The position numbers and the translations under genes are program-made. Positions 36,782-46,844 of a stretch of DNA of 64,000 nucleotides are shown here, one piece after another. How positions within the stretch are numbered: the first letter of the stretch is position 1; the number at the start of each line of letters is the position of its first letter. The DNA lies in the NCBI GenBank assembly GCA_017501245.1, contig JAFVXI010000013.1, positions 145,889 through 209,888 on the forward strand. The letters are read 5' to 3'. The DNA is from Clostridia bacterium. Lineage in GTDB: Bacteria; Bacillota; Clostridia; Oscillospirales; CAG-272. Under the pieces are notes generated by a model. That model saw nothing but the letters and a program-made list of their open reading frames with translations. It was not told the origin of the DNA and ran no database searches.

Positions 36782-38287
36782 ATGGCAACCTACCTCAACG
36801 AGCCCTCTCGCACCTTCAGCGAGTACCTTCTCATCCCCGGCTACACCGACGAGAGATGCGTACCGCAGAACGTCTCGCTTGCTACCCCTCTCGTCAAGTA
36901 CAGACCCGACACGGAGGAGTGCCCCATCAGAATGAACATCCCTATGACGAGTGCGATAATGCAGTCGGTCTCTAACGACACGCTTGCGATCGCTCTTGCG
37001 AAGGAGGGCGGCGTTTCCTTTATCTTTGGCTCGCAGAGCATAGAGAGCCAGGCAGCTATGGTTGCTAAGGTCAAGGGCTACAAGGCGGGCTTCGTTGTCA
37101 GCGATTCCAACCTCACTCCCTCCTCCACGCTCAAGGACGTGCTCGATCTCGTTGAGGAAAACGGTCACTCCACCATGGCTGTTACCGACGACGGAACCGC
37201 AAACGGCAAGCTGCTTGGCATCGTCACCGGCAGGGATTACCGTGTCAGCCGTATGTCCACCGACGAGAAGGTCGAGAGCTTTATGACCCCTCTTGCAAAG
37301 CTCGTTACCGCTCCCGAGGGCACCACGCTCAAGGAAGCAAACGACATCATCTGGGATCACAAGCTCAATTCCCTCCCCATCATAGATAAGGATGGCAGGC
37401 TTAAGTATTTCGTTTTCAGAAAGGACTACTCCCAGCATAAGGAGAACCCCCAGGAGCTGCTCGACAAGAACAAGTCCTACGTAGTTGGAGCGGGCATCAA
37501 CACCCGTGACTACGCTGAGAGAGTTCCCGCTCTTATCGAGGCGGGCGCAGACGTCCTCTGCATCGACTCCTCCGAGGGCTACACCATCTGGCAGAAGAGG
37601 ACGCTTGAGTTCATCCGCGAGAAGTACGGCGACACCGTAAAGGTAGGTGCGGGAAACGTCGTTGACCGCGAGGGCTTTATGTTCCTTGCCGAGGCGGGCG
37701 CCGACTTTATCAAGATCGGTATCGGAGGCGGCTCCATCTGCATCACGAGAGAGACCAAGGGCATCGGCCGCGGACAGGCAAGCGCCGTTATCGAGGTTGC
37801 AGCCGCACGTGACGAATACTATAAGAAGACGGGCATCTACATCCCGATCTGCTCCGACGGAGGCATCGTCCACGATTATCATATGACGCTTGCCCTCGCT
37901 ATGGGAGCCGACTTCCTTATGCTCGGCAGATATTTTGCAAGATTTGACGAGTCGCCCACACCTAAGATCATGGTCAACGGTCAGTACGTTAAGGAGTACT
38001 GGGGCGAGGGCTCCAACAGAGCCAAGAACTGGCAGAGATACGACCTCGGCGGAAAGACCAAGCTCTCCTTCGAGGAGGGCGTTGACTCCTACGTCACCTA
38101 TGCCGGCTCCTTACACGACAACGTCGAGAAGTCGCTCTACAAGGTGAAGTCCACTATGTGTAACTGCGGTGCGATCTCCATCCCTGAGCTTCAGGAAAAG
38201 GCGAAGCTCACGGTCGTTTCCTCCACGAGTATAGTAGAGGGCGGCTACCACGACGTTATGCTCCGCACCACCAGCACCTCGAACTAA
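36782..38287 (+). CDS. guaB: IMP dehydrogenase family protein (with CBS pair)
   Basis: Catalytic loop [30 protein letters not shown], and a CBS region. GGAGGA RBS before MATYL. Confidence 0.75.
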   Translation: MATYLNEPSRTFSEYLLIPGYTDERCVPQNVSLATPLVKYRPDTEECPIRMNIPMTSAIMQSVSNDTLAIALAKEGGVSFIFGSQSIESQAAMVAKVKGYKAGFVVSDSNLTPSSTLKDVLDLVEENGHSTMAVTDDGTANGKLLGIVTGRDYRVSRMSTDEKVESFMTPLAKLVTAPEGTTLKEANDIIWDHKLNSLPIIDKDGRLKYFVFRKDYSQHKENPQELLDKNKSYVVGAGINTRDYAERVPALIEAGADVLCIDSSEGYTIWQKRTLEFIREKYGDTVKVGAGNVVDREGFMFLAEAGADFIKIGIGGGSICITRETKGIGRGQASAVIEVAAARDEYYKKTGIYIPICSDGGIVHDYHMTLALAMGADFLMLGRYFARFDESPTPKIMVNGQYVKEYWGEGSNRAKNWQRYDLGGKTKLSFEEGVDSYVTYAGSLHDNVEKSLYKVKSTMCNCGAISIPELQEKAKLTVVSSTSIVEGGYHDVMLRTTSTSN

Positions 38288-38410
38288 CCGATCTATATGC
38301 CCTGCGCCACGTGAGCAGGCAGCGCAAACGATATGCGGTCCGCCGCCCGATGCGTGATCAGCGCAAAAACAAAAGGGCGGCAAGGACGTTAAACCACACC
38401 AAGGACAGTT

Positions 38411-39418
38411 ATGAGCAAGCTATTTATCCCCGAGGGGTACGTTCCCCCTCTTGACGTTTACGATACGCAAAAGGCGATATCGTTTATAAAATCCACCTTC
38501 CAGGCAAGGCTGGCAAAGGCGCTGAACCTCAAGAGAGTTTCGGCTCCCTTGTTCGTCACCGACGCATCCGGCCTTAACGATAACCTCAACGGAGTTGAGA
38601 GACCGGTCTCCTTTGACATCCCCGACGTCGGAGAGACGGCGGAGGTCGTGCATTCGCTTGCCAAATGGAAGAGGCTGGCGCTCAAGCGCTATCGCTTCTA
38701 CGTCGGAAACGGCCTTTATACAGACATGAACGCCATAAGGCGTGACGAGGAGGTCGACAACATCCATTCGATCTACGTCGACCAATGGGACTGGGAGAAG
38801 GTCATCACGAGAGAGGAGCGCACGCTCGACTATCTTACCGACGTAGCGCAGAGGATCGTCGACGTTATCTGCGACACGCAGGACCTGCTCAGAGTCGATT
38901 TCCCCTCGATAGGTCATAAGCTCTCGAGAAGGATGCTGGCTATAACCTCCTCCGAGCTCGAGAGGATGTATCCCACCCTCACACCCAAGGAGAGGGAGGA
39001 CGCCATCGTCAAGGAGCACGAGACCGTTCTCATAATGCAGATCGGAGGCCCCCTCTCGGACGGAAAGCCTCACGACGGCAGAGCGCCCGACTACGACGAC
39101 TGGGAGCTTAACGGAGATATCCTCTTTTACGATCACACGCTCGGACGCGCGCTTGAGATATCCTCTATGGGCATCAGAGTTGACGAGGAGTCGCTGGCAA
39201 GACAGCTTAAGCAGCGGGGCTGCGAGGAGAGGGCAAAGCTTCCCTTCCATTCGATGCTTCTTGCAGGCGAGCTGCCACTGACGGTCGGCGGCGGTATAGG
39301 ACAGTCGAGGCTTTGTATGCTTATGATGGGCTCTGCCCACATCGGCGAGGTTCAATGCTCCATCTGGGACGAGGCGACCAGAGAGGGCTGCGAGGCGGCG
39401 GGCATCAGGCTGCTTTGA
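38411..39418 (+). CDS. asnA: aspartate--ammonia ligase (asparagine synthetase A)
   Basis: N-terminus (IPEGYVPPLDVYDTQKAISFIKSTFQ) and a class II aaRS-like core (GGGIGQSRLCM). Confidence 0.9.
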   Translation: MSKLFIPEGYVPPLDVYDTQKAISFIKSTFQARLAKALNLKRVSAPLFVTDASGLNDNLNGVERPVSFDIPDVGETAEVVHSLAKWKRLALKRYRFYVGNGLYTDMNAIRRDEEVDNIHSIYVDQWDWEKVITREERTLDYLTDVAQRIVDVICDTQDLLRVDFPSIGHKLSRRMLAITSSELERMYPTLTPKEREDAIVKEHETVLIMQIGGPLSDGKPHDGRAPDYDDWELNGDILFYDHTLGRALEISSMGIRVDEESLARQLKQRGCEERAKLPFHSMLLAGELPLTVGGGIGQSRLCMLMMGSAHIGEVQCSIWDEATREGCEAAGIRLL

Positions 39419-39486
39419 TCAAGCTTTACATTATCCCGGACATAAACAGGCGGGAGACAATAAAAACACCACAAGGGAGCAATAAT

Positions 39487-40092
39487 ATGAAAAGGACAAT
39501 GACTAGAGCTATCGTTATCCTCCTCATCCTTGCGACGGCGCTCTGTGCGCTCGCATCCTGCGGCATCGTCGAGAAGGAATACAGACTCGGCCTCGGCGTG
39601 GTCGACACCGAGAAGGGGCAGATAGCGGCGCTCGTTCTCCTCGACAGCGAGGACAAGATCGTGCTTTGCAGGATCGACGAGTTTGACGTTTCGAAGGGAG
39701 TCACCGACTCCAAGAAGAAGCAGGGCGACAGCTACGGCATGCTCAGCGACTGGGGCTCATCTCTTGCAGAGTGGGACGATCAGATCGCACACCTTGAGCG
39801 CAAGCTCATCGGAAAGGATCTCGCTACTCTCGCAGAAGTAACCGGCAACGAGGCTGACATCAAGGCAGGCTGCACCGTCTACGTCGGCAACTACGTCAAG
39901 GCTGTTGCAGGCGCCGTAGGAGAAGCTATGAAGGCTGAGAGCTTCAAGTCTCTTAGCGAGGTAGTGATCGCACTCACCTACACCGTTTCGCTCAACGACG
40001 GAGCTGACGGAGGATATATCGCCGTCGCATCAGGCGTTGCACTCTCGAGAGGCTATCTCGCCGACGAGAGAAGCGTTATCAGCGCAAAGTGA
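39487..40092 (+). CDS. lipoprotein, possible FMN_bind-like domain
   Basis: Signal peptide with lipobox LASC. Start chosen inside track ORF 39313..40092, which would otherwise overlap asnA. The C-terminal segment DIKAGCTVYVGNYVKAVAGAV resembles the flavinylation region of FMN-binding domains. Confidence 0.5.
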   Translation: MKRTMTRAIVILLILATALCALASCGIVEKEYRLGLGVVDTEKGQIAALVLLDSEDKIVLCRIDEFDVSKGVTDSKKKQGDSYGMLSDWGSSLAEWDDQIAHLERKLIGKDLATLAEVTGNEADIKAGCTVYVGNYVKAVAGAVGEAMKAESFKSLSEVVIALTYTVSLNDGADGGYIAVASGVALSRGYLADERSVISAK

Positions 40093-40153
40093 TAAGCACC
40101 GACAAGTGCTGTCACATGATAAAACCAATTACACACAAAGCGAGGAGAAATAG

Positions 40154-41197
40154 ATGAAAAAGGCCGTTATCACAGGAGTTTTGCTATCTCTCCTCCTACT
40201 TATGTTTACATCCTGCGACATAAACCCGCAGCCGAAGTCAGAAACCTACTATGAATATTTTGGAACGGTGTCAAGCGTTATTTGCTACCGTGAGGACACG
40301 GAGGCGGAGTTCCGCAGGGTTGCCGACAAGGTGGACACCCTGTTATCGGAGTATCACACGCTATACGATATCTATCACGAGTATTCGGGTATAAACAACA
40401 TCGCTACCGTAAACAGATATGCAGGCATAATGCCCGTCGAGGTCGATGACAGGATAATCGACCTGCTCCTCTACGCAAAGGAGGTCTACGAGCTGACCTC
40501 AGGTGAGGTCAACGTCGCTATGGGCTCGGTCTTAAAGCTCTGGCACGAGGCAAGAGAGGGAAACGGCGACGGGACCCACACTCTGCCCACCGACGAGGAG
40601 CTCATCGAGGCGTCGCTGCATACGGACATCTGTTCCATTCTTATCGACGAGGCGGCGGGAACGGTGTTCGTCACCGACCGTGATGCCTCAATCGACGTAG
40701 GCGCTATCGCCAAGGGCTACGCCACCGAGCGTATCGCAGAGGCACTTGTTGCCGACGAGGAGATCGAGGCCGACGGCTACGCCCTCAATATCGGCGGAAA
40801 CATCCGACTTATCGGCTCGAAGGGCGGCGAGGAGTGGCGCATAGGAATCACCAACCCCGACAGGACCTCGGACGACCCATACGTCATGCGCATATCCGTG
40901 AAGAACACCTCCATCGTCACATCCGGTGACTACGAAAGATATTTCACCGTCGACGGTAAAAATTATCATCACATCATAGATAAAGACACGCTTTATCCCT
41001 CAAAATATTTTCACTCGGTCACGGTAGTTACCGAGGATAGTGCGCTGGCGGACGCTCTGTCTACGGCGCTCTTCTCCATGCATATCAACGACGGCTATAA
41101 GCTCATCACGTCGCTCGACGGAGTTGAAGCCATGTGGGTAAACGCAAACGGCGCTCCTCCCACGACGACGCCCGGGTTCCCCAAGATAGAGGACTGA
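40154..41197 (+). CDS. apbE: FAD:protein FMN transferase (ApbE family) lipoprotein
   Basis: Lipobox FTSC. ApbE motifs (DVGAIAKGYA, GDYERYF, HHIIDKDT). Confidence 0.85.
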   Translation: MKKAVITGVLLSLLLLMFTSCDINPQPKSETYYEYFGTVSSVICYREDTEAEFRRVADKVDTLLSEYHTLYDIYHEYSGINNIATVNRYAGIMPVEVDDRIIDLLLYAKEVYELTSGEVNVAMGSVLKLWHEAREGNGDGTHTLPTDEELIEASLHTDICSILIDEAAGTVFVTDRDASIDVGAIAKGYATERIAEALVADEEIEADGYALNIGGNIRLIGSKGGEEWRIGITNPDRTSDDPYVMRISVKNTSIVTSGDYERYFTVDGKNYHHIIDKDTLYPSKYFHSVTVVTEDSALADALSTALFSMHINDGYKLITSLDGVEAMWVNANGAPPTTTPGFPKIED

Positions 41198-41262
41198 GGC
41201 GTCGCACCAAAGCAGTTTACAAATTCGGCTCCGCCGAAATATATATATGAAAGGACAAACGT

Positions 41263-42618
41263 ATGTTTCGTTTCGGTTTCTTAGGAAACACTCACGTGCC
41301 GCATCGTAAGAACACGGCGCAAATGTCCCCCATACGCATTGAGCCTCCCAAGGAGGTCTTGCTCCCGATGTGCCAGCATATCGGAGCCCCCGCAACGCCC
41401 ATAGTCAAGGTTGGAGATACAGTCAAGATCGGTCAGAAGATAGCAGAGGCATCCGGCTACGTTTCCTCACCCATCTACGCATCCGTCTCCGGCAAGGTTT
41501 CGAAGATCGAGAATTATCTGCGCCCCGACGGCAGGAACGTCCCCGCCATCCGTATCCTCTCTGACGGAGAGATGTCGGTTTACGAGGATATCAAGGCACC
41601 CGAGGTCAACGACCTTGAGAGTCTTGTGGCGGCAGTCAGAGAGTCGGGCCTCGTAGGCCTTGGCGGCGCAGGCTTCCCCACCTCCGTCAAGATGGACGCC
41701 GTCAAAAAGGGCGCCATCGACACCGTCGTGCTTAACGGCGCGGAGTGCGAGCCCTACATCACGAGCGACACGCGCACTATGATAGACAACGCCGCAGGCG
41801 TTAAAAGAGGCATCGAGATCCTTAAGCAGTATATGCCCACCGTGAAGGCGTATATCTTCGGCATCGAGGACAACAAGCCTGAGGCTATCGCCAAGATGAA
41901 GGAGACCTTCTCGGATGCTGGGGACGTTTTCGTCGCCGCACTCCCCTCGCTTTATCCGCAGGGCGGTGAGAAGGTGCTGATCTATAACACCACGAAGCGC
42001 ACGGTGCCGGAGGGCAAGCTACCCGCAGACGTCGGCGTTATGGTCATCAACGTTACGTCGCTGGCATTTATCGCAAAATATATCGACACGGGTATGCCCC
42101 TCGTCGAAAAGTGCATGACCTTTGACGGCTCTGCCGTCGCCTCACCGAAGAATCTTATCGTCCCGATCGGAACGTCCATCAGCCACATCGTTGAGTGCGC
42201 AGGCGGGCTTAAGGAGCCCGCGGGCAAGATCATCTTCGGCGGACCTATGATGGGCGTCTGCGCAAGCTCGCTTGACGAGCCCATCTCAAAGACGACCAAC
42301 GCCGTTACCATTCTCAACGTCAAGGAGTCGACAGAGCCCCCCGTCACCGCTTGTATACACTGCGGAAGATGCGTGGCGGCATGTCCCCTTTCGCTCAACC
42401 CCGTTGCCTTTGCACGTGCGCTCACGCTCGAGGGCAAGGAGGAGAGAGTTACGAGGCTTGAGGAGAACAAGCTCGGGCTCTGCATGGAGTGCGGCTGCTG
42501 CTCCTTCGTCTGCCCCGCTAACCGTCCCCTCGTACAAAATCACCGCATAGGCAAGATGGAGATCAGAGAGTATAAGACTCATCTCGCAGAGCTTGCCCGC
42601 GCGAAGGAAAGCAAGTAA
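41263..42618 (+). CDS. rnfC: Rnf electron transport complex subunit C
   Basis: GLVGLGGAGFPT motif and two 4Fe-4S motifs (CIHCGRCVAACP, CMECGCCSFVCP). Confidence 0.9.
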   Translation: MFRFGFLGNTHVPHRKNTAQMSPIRIEPPKEVLLPMCQHIGAPATPIVKVGDTVKIGQKIAEASGYVSSPIYASVSGKVSKIENYLRPDGRNVPAIRILSDGEMSVYEDIKAPEVNDLESLVAAVRESGLVGLGGAGFPTSVKMDAVKKGAIDTVVLNGAECEPYITSDTRTMIDNAAGVKRGIEILKQYMPTVKAYIFGIEDNKPEAIAKMKETFSDAGDVFVAALPSLYPQGGEKVLIYNTTKRTVPEGKLPADVGVMVINVTSLAFIAKYIDTGMPLVEKCMTFDGSAVASPKNLIVPIGTSISHIVECAGGLKEPAGKIIFGGPMMGVCASSLDEPISKTTNAVTILNVKESTEPPVTACIHCGRCVAACPLSLNPVAFARALTLEGKEERVTRLEENKLGLCMECGCCSFVCPANRPLVQNHRIGKMEIREYKTHLAELARAKESK

Positions 42619-42627
42619 GGAGGAAGC

Positions 42628-43590
42628 ATGAACGAACAGATCATAGTCACCACCTCCCCACATCTTAAGCATCCCACTACGACACAGATGATAATGGCAG
42701 ACGTGCTTATCGCACTCTCACCCGCCGCTATCGCCGCCGTGATCCTCCACGGCTGGTATGCACTGCTCATGATCGTCGTAACCGTGGCATGCGCAGTAGG
42801 TGCGGAGTTCATTTTCAATCTTTGCATTAAAAAGTCGCAGACCGTTGCGGATCTCTCCGCAGCCGTCACGGGTATGCTGCTTGCGCTCAGCCTGCCGACC
42901 TCGGCGGAGCTTTGGCAGTGCGCCGTCGGCGCAGTGTTTGCGATAGTCGTCGTAAAGTGTCTCTTCGGCGGCATCGGCTGCAACTTTGCTAACCCCGCAG
43001 TCACCTCCCGTGTATTCCTGCTCATCGCATTTATGTCGATAGGCGGCGGAAAGTTCGGCGGTGACCCCTTCACCGGCTCTTACGTTGACCTCGTAGGAGG
43101 AGCGACCCCCCTCGAGGCGCTCAAAAACGGCGTTCCCACCACCGAGATCCCCTCTATGCTTGATATGTTCCTCGGTCTGAGAGGCGGCGCTATCGGCGAG
43201 GGCTGCATTCTCGCCCTTCTTATCGGCGGCATCTATCTTATCGTTAAACGCGTTATCAAGTGGCAGGTACCCGTAGCGTTTATCGCCACGGTGTTCGTCC
43301 TTTCCTGGCTCATCACCGGCAGCCTCACCCTCGCCGTATATCACGTGCTTGGCGGTGCGCTCGTGCTTGCAGCCTTCTTTATGGCTACCGACTATTCCAC
43401 CACGCCGCTCAACCTGCTCGGCAAGATAGTTTTCGCTATCGGCTGTGGCCTTATCACCGTGCTTATCCGCTTCTTCGGCTCCTACCCCGAGGGAATATCC
43501 TTCGCTATACTCCTTATGAATATTCTCTCACCCTATATCGAGAAGCTTTGCGCTAAGCGCCCGTTTGGAGGTGTTAAGAATGAAAAGTAA
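42628..43590 (+). CDS. rnfD: Rnf complex subunit D
   Basis: NqrB/RnfD polytopic membrane protein. AAGGAGG RBS. Confidence 0.9.
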   Translation: MNEQIIVTTSPHLKHPTTTQMIMADVLIALSPAAIAAVILHGWYALLMIVVTVACAVGAEFIFNLCIKKSQTVADLSAAVTGMLLALSLPTSAELWQCAVGAVFAIVVVKCLFGGIGCNFANPAVTSRVFLLIAFMSIGGGKFGGDPFTGSYVDLVGGATPLEALKNGVPTTEIPSMLDMFLGLRGGAIGEGCILALLIGGIYLIVKRVIKWQVPVAFIATVFVLSWLITGSLTLAVYHVLGGALVLAAFFMATDYSTTPLNLLGKIVFAIGCGLITVLIRFFGSYPEGISFAILLMNILSPYIEKLCAKRPFGGVKNEK

Positions 43591-44101
43591 AATAATGCCT
43601 ACCGCCATTCTCGGTATCATCTGTCTTGTCTCGGCGCTCATCCTCTCGGCTATAAACCTCGTTACCGCACCCGAGATCGCACGCAGACAGCATGAGGAAA
43701 ACCTCAAGGCCATGAGAGAGGTTTTGCCCGAGGCGACCAACCCTATGCTAACAGAAGTTTACAAATCGCAGATAGATTCCTCTATAACTGCGGTTTACGA
43801 GGATGCCGCCGGATATATATTCCAGGTAGAGACCACGGGTAAAAACCCCGGTATGATCGTTATGATCGGCGTTGACAACGAGGGCAAGATCGCCGGCACC
43901 AAGTGCACGGCAAACGGCGAGACCCCCACCTACGCAAAGCCCGTCTTTGAAGTGACCGAAAACGGCTTCTATAAAGGTATGTCCTCCTCTAATTTCAAGG
44001 AGCATCTCGTCGCAGGATCCACTATGACTTCAAAAGCATATTCGGGCGCAGTTAAGGCTGCTCTCGATGCATATTCCATCATAAAGGGAGGACAGAGCTG
44101 A
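43580..44101 (+). CDS. rnfG: Rnf complex subunit G (FMN-binding)
   Basis: N-terminal TM segment and an FMN_bind region with the flavinylation-type motif VAGSTMTSKAYSGAV. GGAGGT RBS before MKSKIM. Confidence 0.85.
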   Translation: MKSKIMPTAILGIICLVSALILSAINLVTAPEIARRQHEENLKAMREVLPEATNPMLTEVYKSQIDSSITAVYEDAAGYIFQVETTGKNPGMIVMIGVDNEGKIAGTKCTANGETPTYAKPVFEVTENGFYKGMSSSNFKEHLVAGSTMTSKAYSGAVKAALDAYSIIKGGQS

Positions 44102-44847
44102 TGAAAAATAACAAGCTTGCGATAGTCCTCCGAGGCATCATAGCCGAGAACCCCGTGCTTATGCTCGTCCTCGGAACCTGCCCCACCCTCGCTACCACCA
44201 CCTCGGTCGAGTCCGCCGTATGGATGGGAATTGCGGCGACGATAGTTCTTATCTGCTCGAACGCCGCCATCTCCGCCCTGCGAAACGTCATTCCCGAGGT
44301 CGTCAGGATCCCCTGCTACATCGTCGTTATCGCCACATTCGTTACGGCGGTGCAGATGATACTCCAGGCATTCCTCCCAAGCATCTACGATATGCTCGGC
44401 GTATATCTCGCTCTTATCGTAGTTAACTGTATCATTCTCGGACGTGCCGAGATGTTTGCAAGAAAGAACACGGTCGTTGACTCCATTCTTGACGGCGTCG
44501 GAATGGGTGTCGGCTTCATCCTCGCTCTCTTTATCATCTCCGTCATCCGCGAGGTGATTGGAGCGGGCTGCTTCTGGGGCATCGAGATCCCCGTTATCTC
44601 GGACTTCCGTATTCCCGTTCTTACCCAGGCTCCCGGCGGCTTCCTCGTCTACGGAATTATCATCGCCGTAATGAACAAGCTGACCGAGAAGAAGGGCGGC
44701 GTCAAGCGCAAGGACTTCTCCTGCGAGGGCTGCCCCTCCGCACATATGTGCAATAAGACCTCCTGCTCGGAGATGACCGAGCTTGCCGTCGAGGCTAAGA
44801 CCTCCTCGGACAATAACGCAAGAGAGGAGGGCGAGGCAAATGCCTGA
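44101..44847 (+). CDS. rnfE: Rnf complex subunit E with Cys-rich C-terminal tail
   Basis: LGTCPTLA and VVNCIILGRAE motifs. Extra C-terminal tail of about 50 aa. Confidence 0.9.
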   Translation: MKNNKLAIVLRGIIAENPVLMLVLGTCPTLATTTSVESAVWMGIAATIVLICSNAAISALRNVIPEVVRIPCYIVVIATFVTAVQMILQAFLPSIYDMLGVYLALIVVNCIILGRAEMFARKNTVVDSILDGVGMGVGFILALFIISVIREVIGAGCFWGIEIPVISDFRIPVLTQAPGGFLVYGIIIAVMNKLTEKKGGVKRKDFSCEGCPSAHMCNKTSCSEMTELAVEAKTSSDNNAREEGEANA

Positions 44848-45445
44848 AGTCATCAGAAATCTTATTCTCATCCTTATGGCGGGCGTGCTCGTCAATAACT
44901 ACGTCCTCCAGCAGTTCCTCGGAATCTGTCCCTTCCTCGGTGTTTCGAAGAAGGTAAATCAGGCGGTCGGTATGGGAATTGCAGTAACTTTTGTTATGCT
45001 CTGCGCAACAGCGGCTACCTATCCCATCCACACCTACGTGCTCGTGCCCCTGAAGCTTGAGTATTTACAGACCATCGTATTCATACTCGTGATCGCCGCT
45101 CTCGTGCAGTTCGTCGAGATCGTGCTCAAGAAGTTCATCCCCGCACTCCATGCATCGCTCGGCGTTTATCTCCCTCTGATCACCACTAACTGTGCCGTCC
45201 TCGGAGTTGCGATAAACAACATCACCGACGGCTATAACTTCATTGAGTCTATGATCTCCTCGCTCGGCGTAGGCCTCGGCTTCTTGCTTGCTATGGTGCT
45301 GTTTGCCGGCGTACGCGGCAGGATCGAAAACTGCCCTGCACCGAAGTGCTTCCGCGGCGTTCCCATCACTCTCGTTGCGGCATCCATCGTCGCCCTCGCC
45401 TTCTTCGGATTTGCGGGCGTCGTTGAAAACCTGCTGGCGGTTTAA
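44840..45445 (+). CDS. rnfA: Rnf complex subunit A
   Basis: LGICPFLGVS and ITTNCAVLG motifs. The start overlaps the end of rnfE by 8 nt. Confidence 0.9.
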   Translation: MPEVIRNLILILMAGVLVNNYVLQQFLGICPFLGVSKKVNQAVGMGIAVTFVMLCATAATYPIHTYVLVPLKLEYLQTIVFILVIAALVQFVEIVLKKFIPALHASLGVYLPLITTNCAVLGVAINNITDGYNFIESMISSLGVGLGFLLAMVLFAGVRGRIENCPAPKCFRGVPITLVAASIVALAFFGFAGVVENLLAV

Positions 45446-45459
45446 GAAAGGAGAAAGAT

Positions 45460-46272
45460 ATGGAAATTTTGATCCCTATTCTTATACTGGTAGCTATTGC
45501 GGCGGTCTGTGCCGTGCTTCTCACCGTCGCCGACAAGTATTTCGGCGTTCCCACCGACGAGAAGGAGGCGAGCATCCGCGACTGCCTCCCCGGAGCAAAC
45601 TGCGGCGCCTGCGGCTACAACGGCTGTGACGCATACGCCAAGGCTCTTGCATCCGGCGAGACCGACAACCCCAGTCTTTGCATCCCCGGCGGTGACAACG
45701 CCGCTAAGGGCATCGCTTCCATCCTCGGCGTTGAGGCGGGAGACGTCGTCGAGCAGGTTGCATACGTTGCCTGCGGCGGAACCTGCGACGTTACGAAGCG
45801 TAAATTTGACTTCCAGGGTCATAAGAGCTGCCGCACCGCAAACCTCGCTTACTGCGGCGATAAGCTCTGCAGCTTTGCCTGTCTCGGCTACGGTGACTGC
45901 GTTCAGGTCTGCCCCGAGAAGGCGATAGACATTATCGACGGCATCGCACACATCGACCCCCGCAAGTGCATCGGTTGCGGTATATGTACACGCACCTGCC
46001 CTAAGGGCATCATTCATCTTATACCCGACACCTCGCGCGTCGTCGTCGAATGCTCAAGCCACGCAAAGGGCGCAGAGACGAGGAAGGCCTGCACCAACGG
46101 ATGTATCGCCTGCGGAAAGTGCGAGAAGAGCTGTCCTCACGATGCTATCCACGTTGTGGATAATCTTGCGACGATAGACTACTCGAAATGCACGGGCTGC
46201 GGCAAGTGCGCTGAGGTCTGCCCCGTCCGGTGCATCCACGAGGGCAACTTCATCTGCGGAGCGCATTTCTGA
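45460..46272 (+). CDS. rnfB: Rnf complex subunit B (polyferredoxin)
   Basis: N-terminal TM segment, CGACGYNGC cluster motif and several CxxCxxCxxxCP ferredoxin motifs. Confidence 0.9.
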   Translation: MEILIPILILVAIAAVCAVLLTVADKYFGVPTDEKEASIRDCLPGANCGACGYNGCDAYAKALASGETDNPSLCIPGGDNAAKGIASILGVEAGDVVEQVAYVACGGTCDVTKRKFDFQGHKSCRTANLAYCGDKLCSFACLGYGDCVQVCPEKAIDIIDGIAHIDPRKCIGCGICTRTCPKGIIHLIPDTSRVVVECSSHAKGAETRKACTNGCIACGKCEKSCPHDAIHVVDNLATIDYSKCTGCGKCAEVCPVRCIHEGNFICGAHF

Positions 46273-46445
46273 CAGCTCCATAAGCTAAAGGAAATAAAAC
46301 AGAGCGAAAGCTCGCTTCAAAAGAATAAAGAACGTCGGGGAGGCGGTCGTTCCGATCCCCGAAAAACAAAAAAAGACGCCGGACGTGCGGCGTCAGAAAC
46401 GCTTAATCCGAAAAAGGATCAGCGACAGGAAAAGGAGGCATCGTA

Positions 46446-46835
46446 ATGGAAGAAAAGAAAAGCTTTTCGCCGAGCAGCTTCCTTAATAAGCACAGGGCAG
46501 ACCTCGTGCTTATCCTCTCGCTGATCCTTATTTGCGCTATAACCTTCCTCGCCGTGTCGCTTATGCGAGAGGAGGGCGAAGCCGTAAGAGTTGAGATCGA
46601 CGGAGAACTTTACGCAACCTACCCCCTAGACACAGACGGAGAATATCGGATAGGCGAAAAGAACGTTCTCACCGTTAAGGACGGCAGGGCGTATATGAGC
46701 TATGCCGACTGCCCCGACAAAACCTGTGTAAGAACACGTGCGGCATCCAAGACGGGCGACACGATAATCTGCCTTCCAAACCGCATCAGCGTAACGGTTA
46801 TCGGCGGCGAAGGCGACGTCGACCTCGAGTCGTAG
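46446..46835 (+). CDS. NusG domain II-containing membrane protein
   Basis: TM anchor followed by VEIDGELYATYPL ... CPDKTCV ... IICLPNRISV, typical of the NusG_II family usually paired with a Gx transporter. Confidence 0.7.
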   Translation: MEEKKSFSPSSFLNKHRADLVLILSLILICAITFLAVSLMREEGEAVRVEIDGELYATYPLDTDGEYRIGEKNVLTVKDGRAYMSYADCPDKTCVRTRAASKTGDTIICLPNRISVTVIGGEGDVDLES

Positions 46836-46844
46836 GAGGTGCGA

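Noticed and set aside
36755-39355. Antisense ORFs inside guaB (375 aa) and asnA (311 aa).
   Set aside because: They are codon-aligned shadow frames with no independent support.
39313-39486. The longer version of the lipoprotein ORF, starting at 39313.
   Set aside because: It would overlap asnA by more than 100 nt in another frame. The internal ATG at 39487 gives a canonical signal peptide and lipobox.
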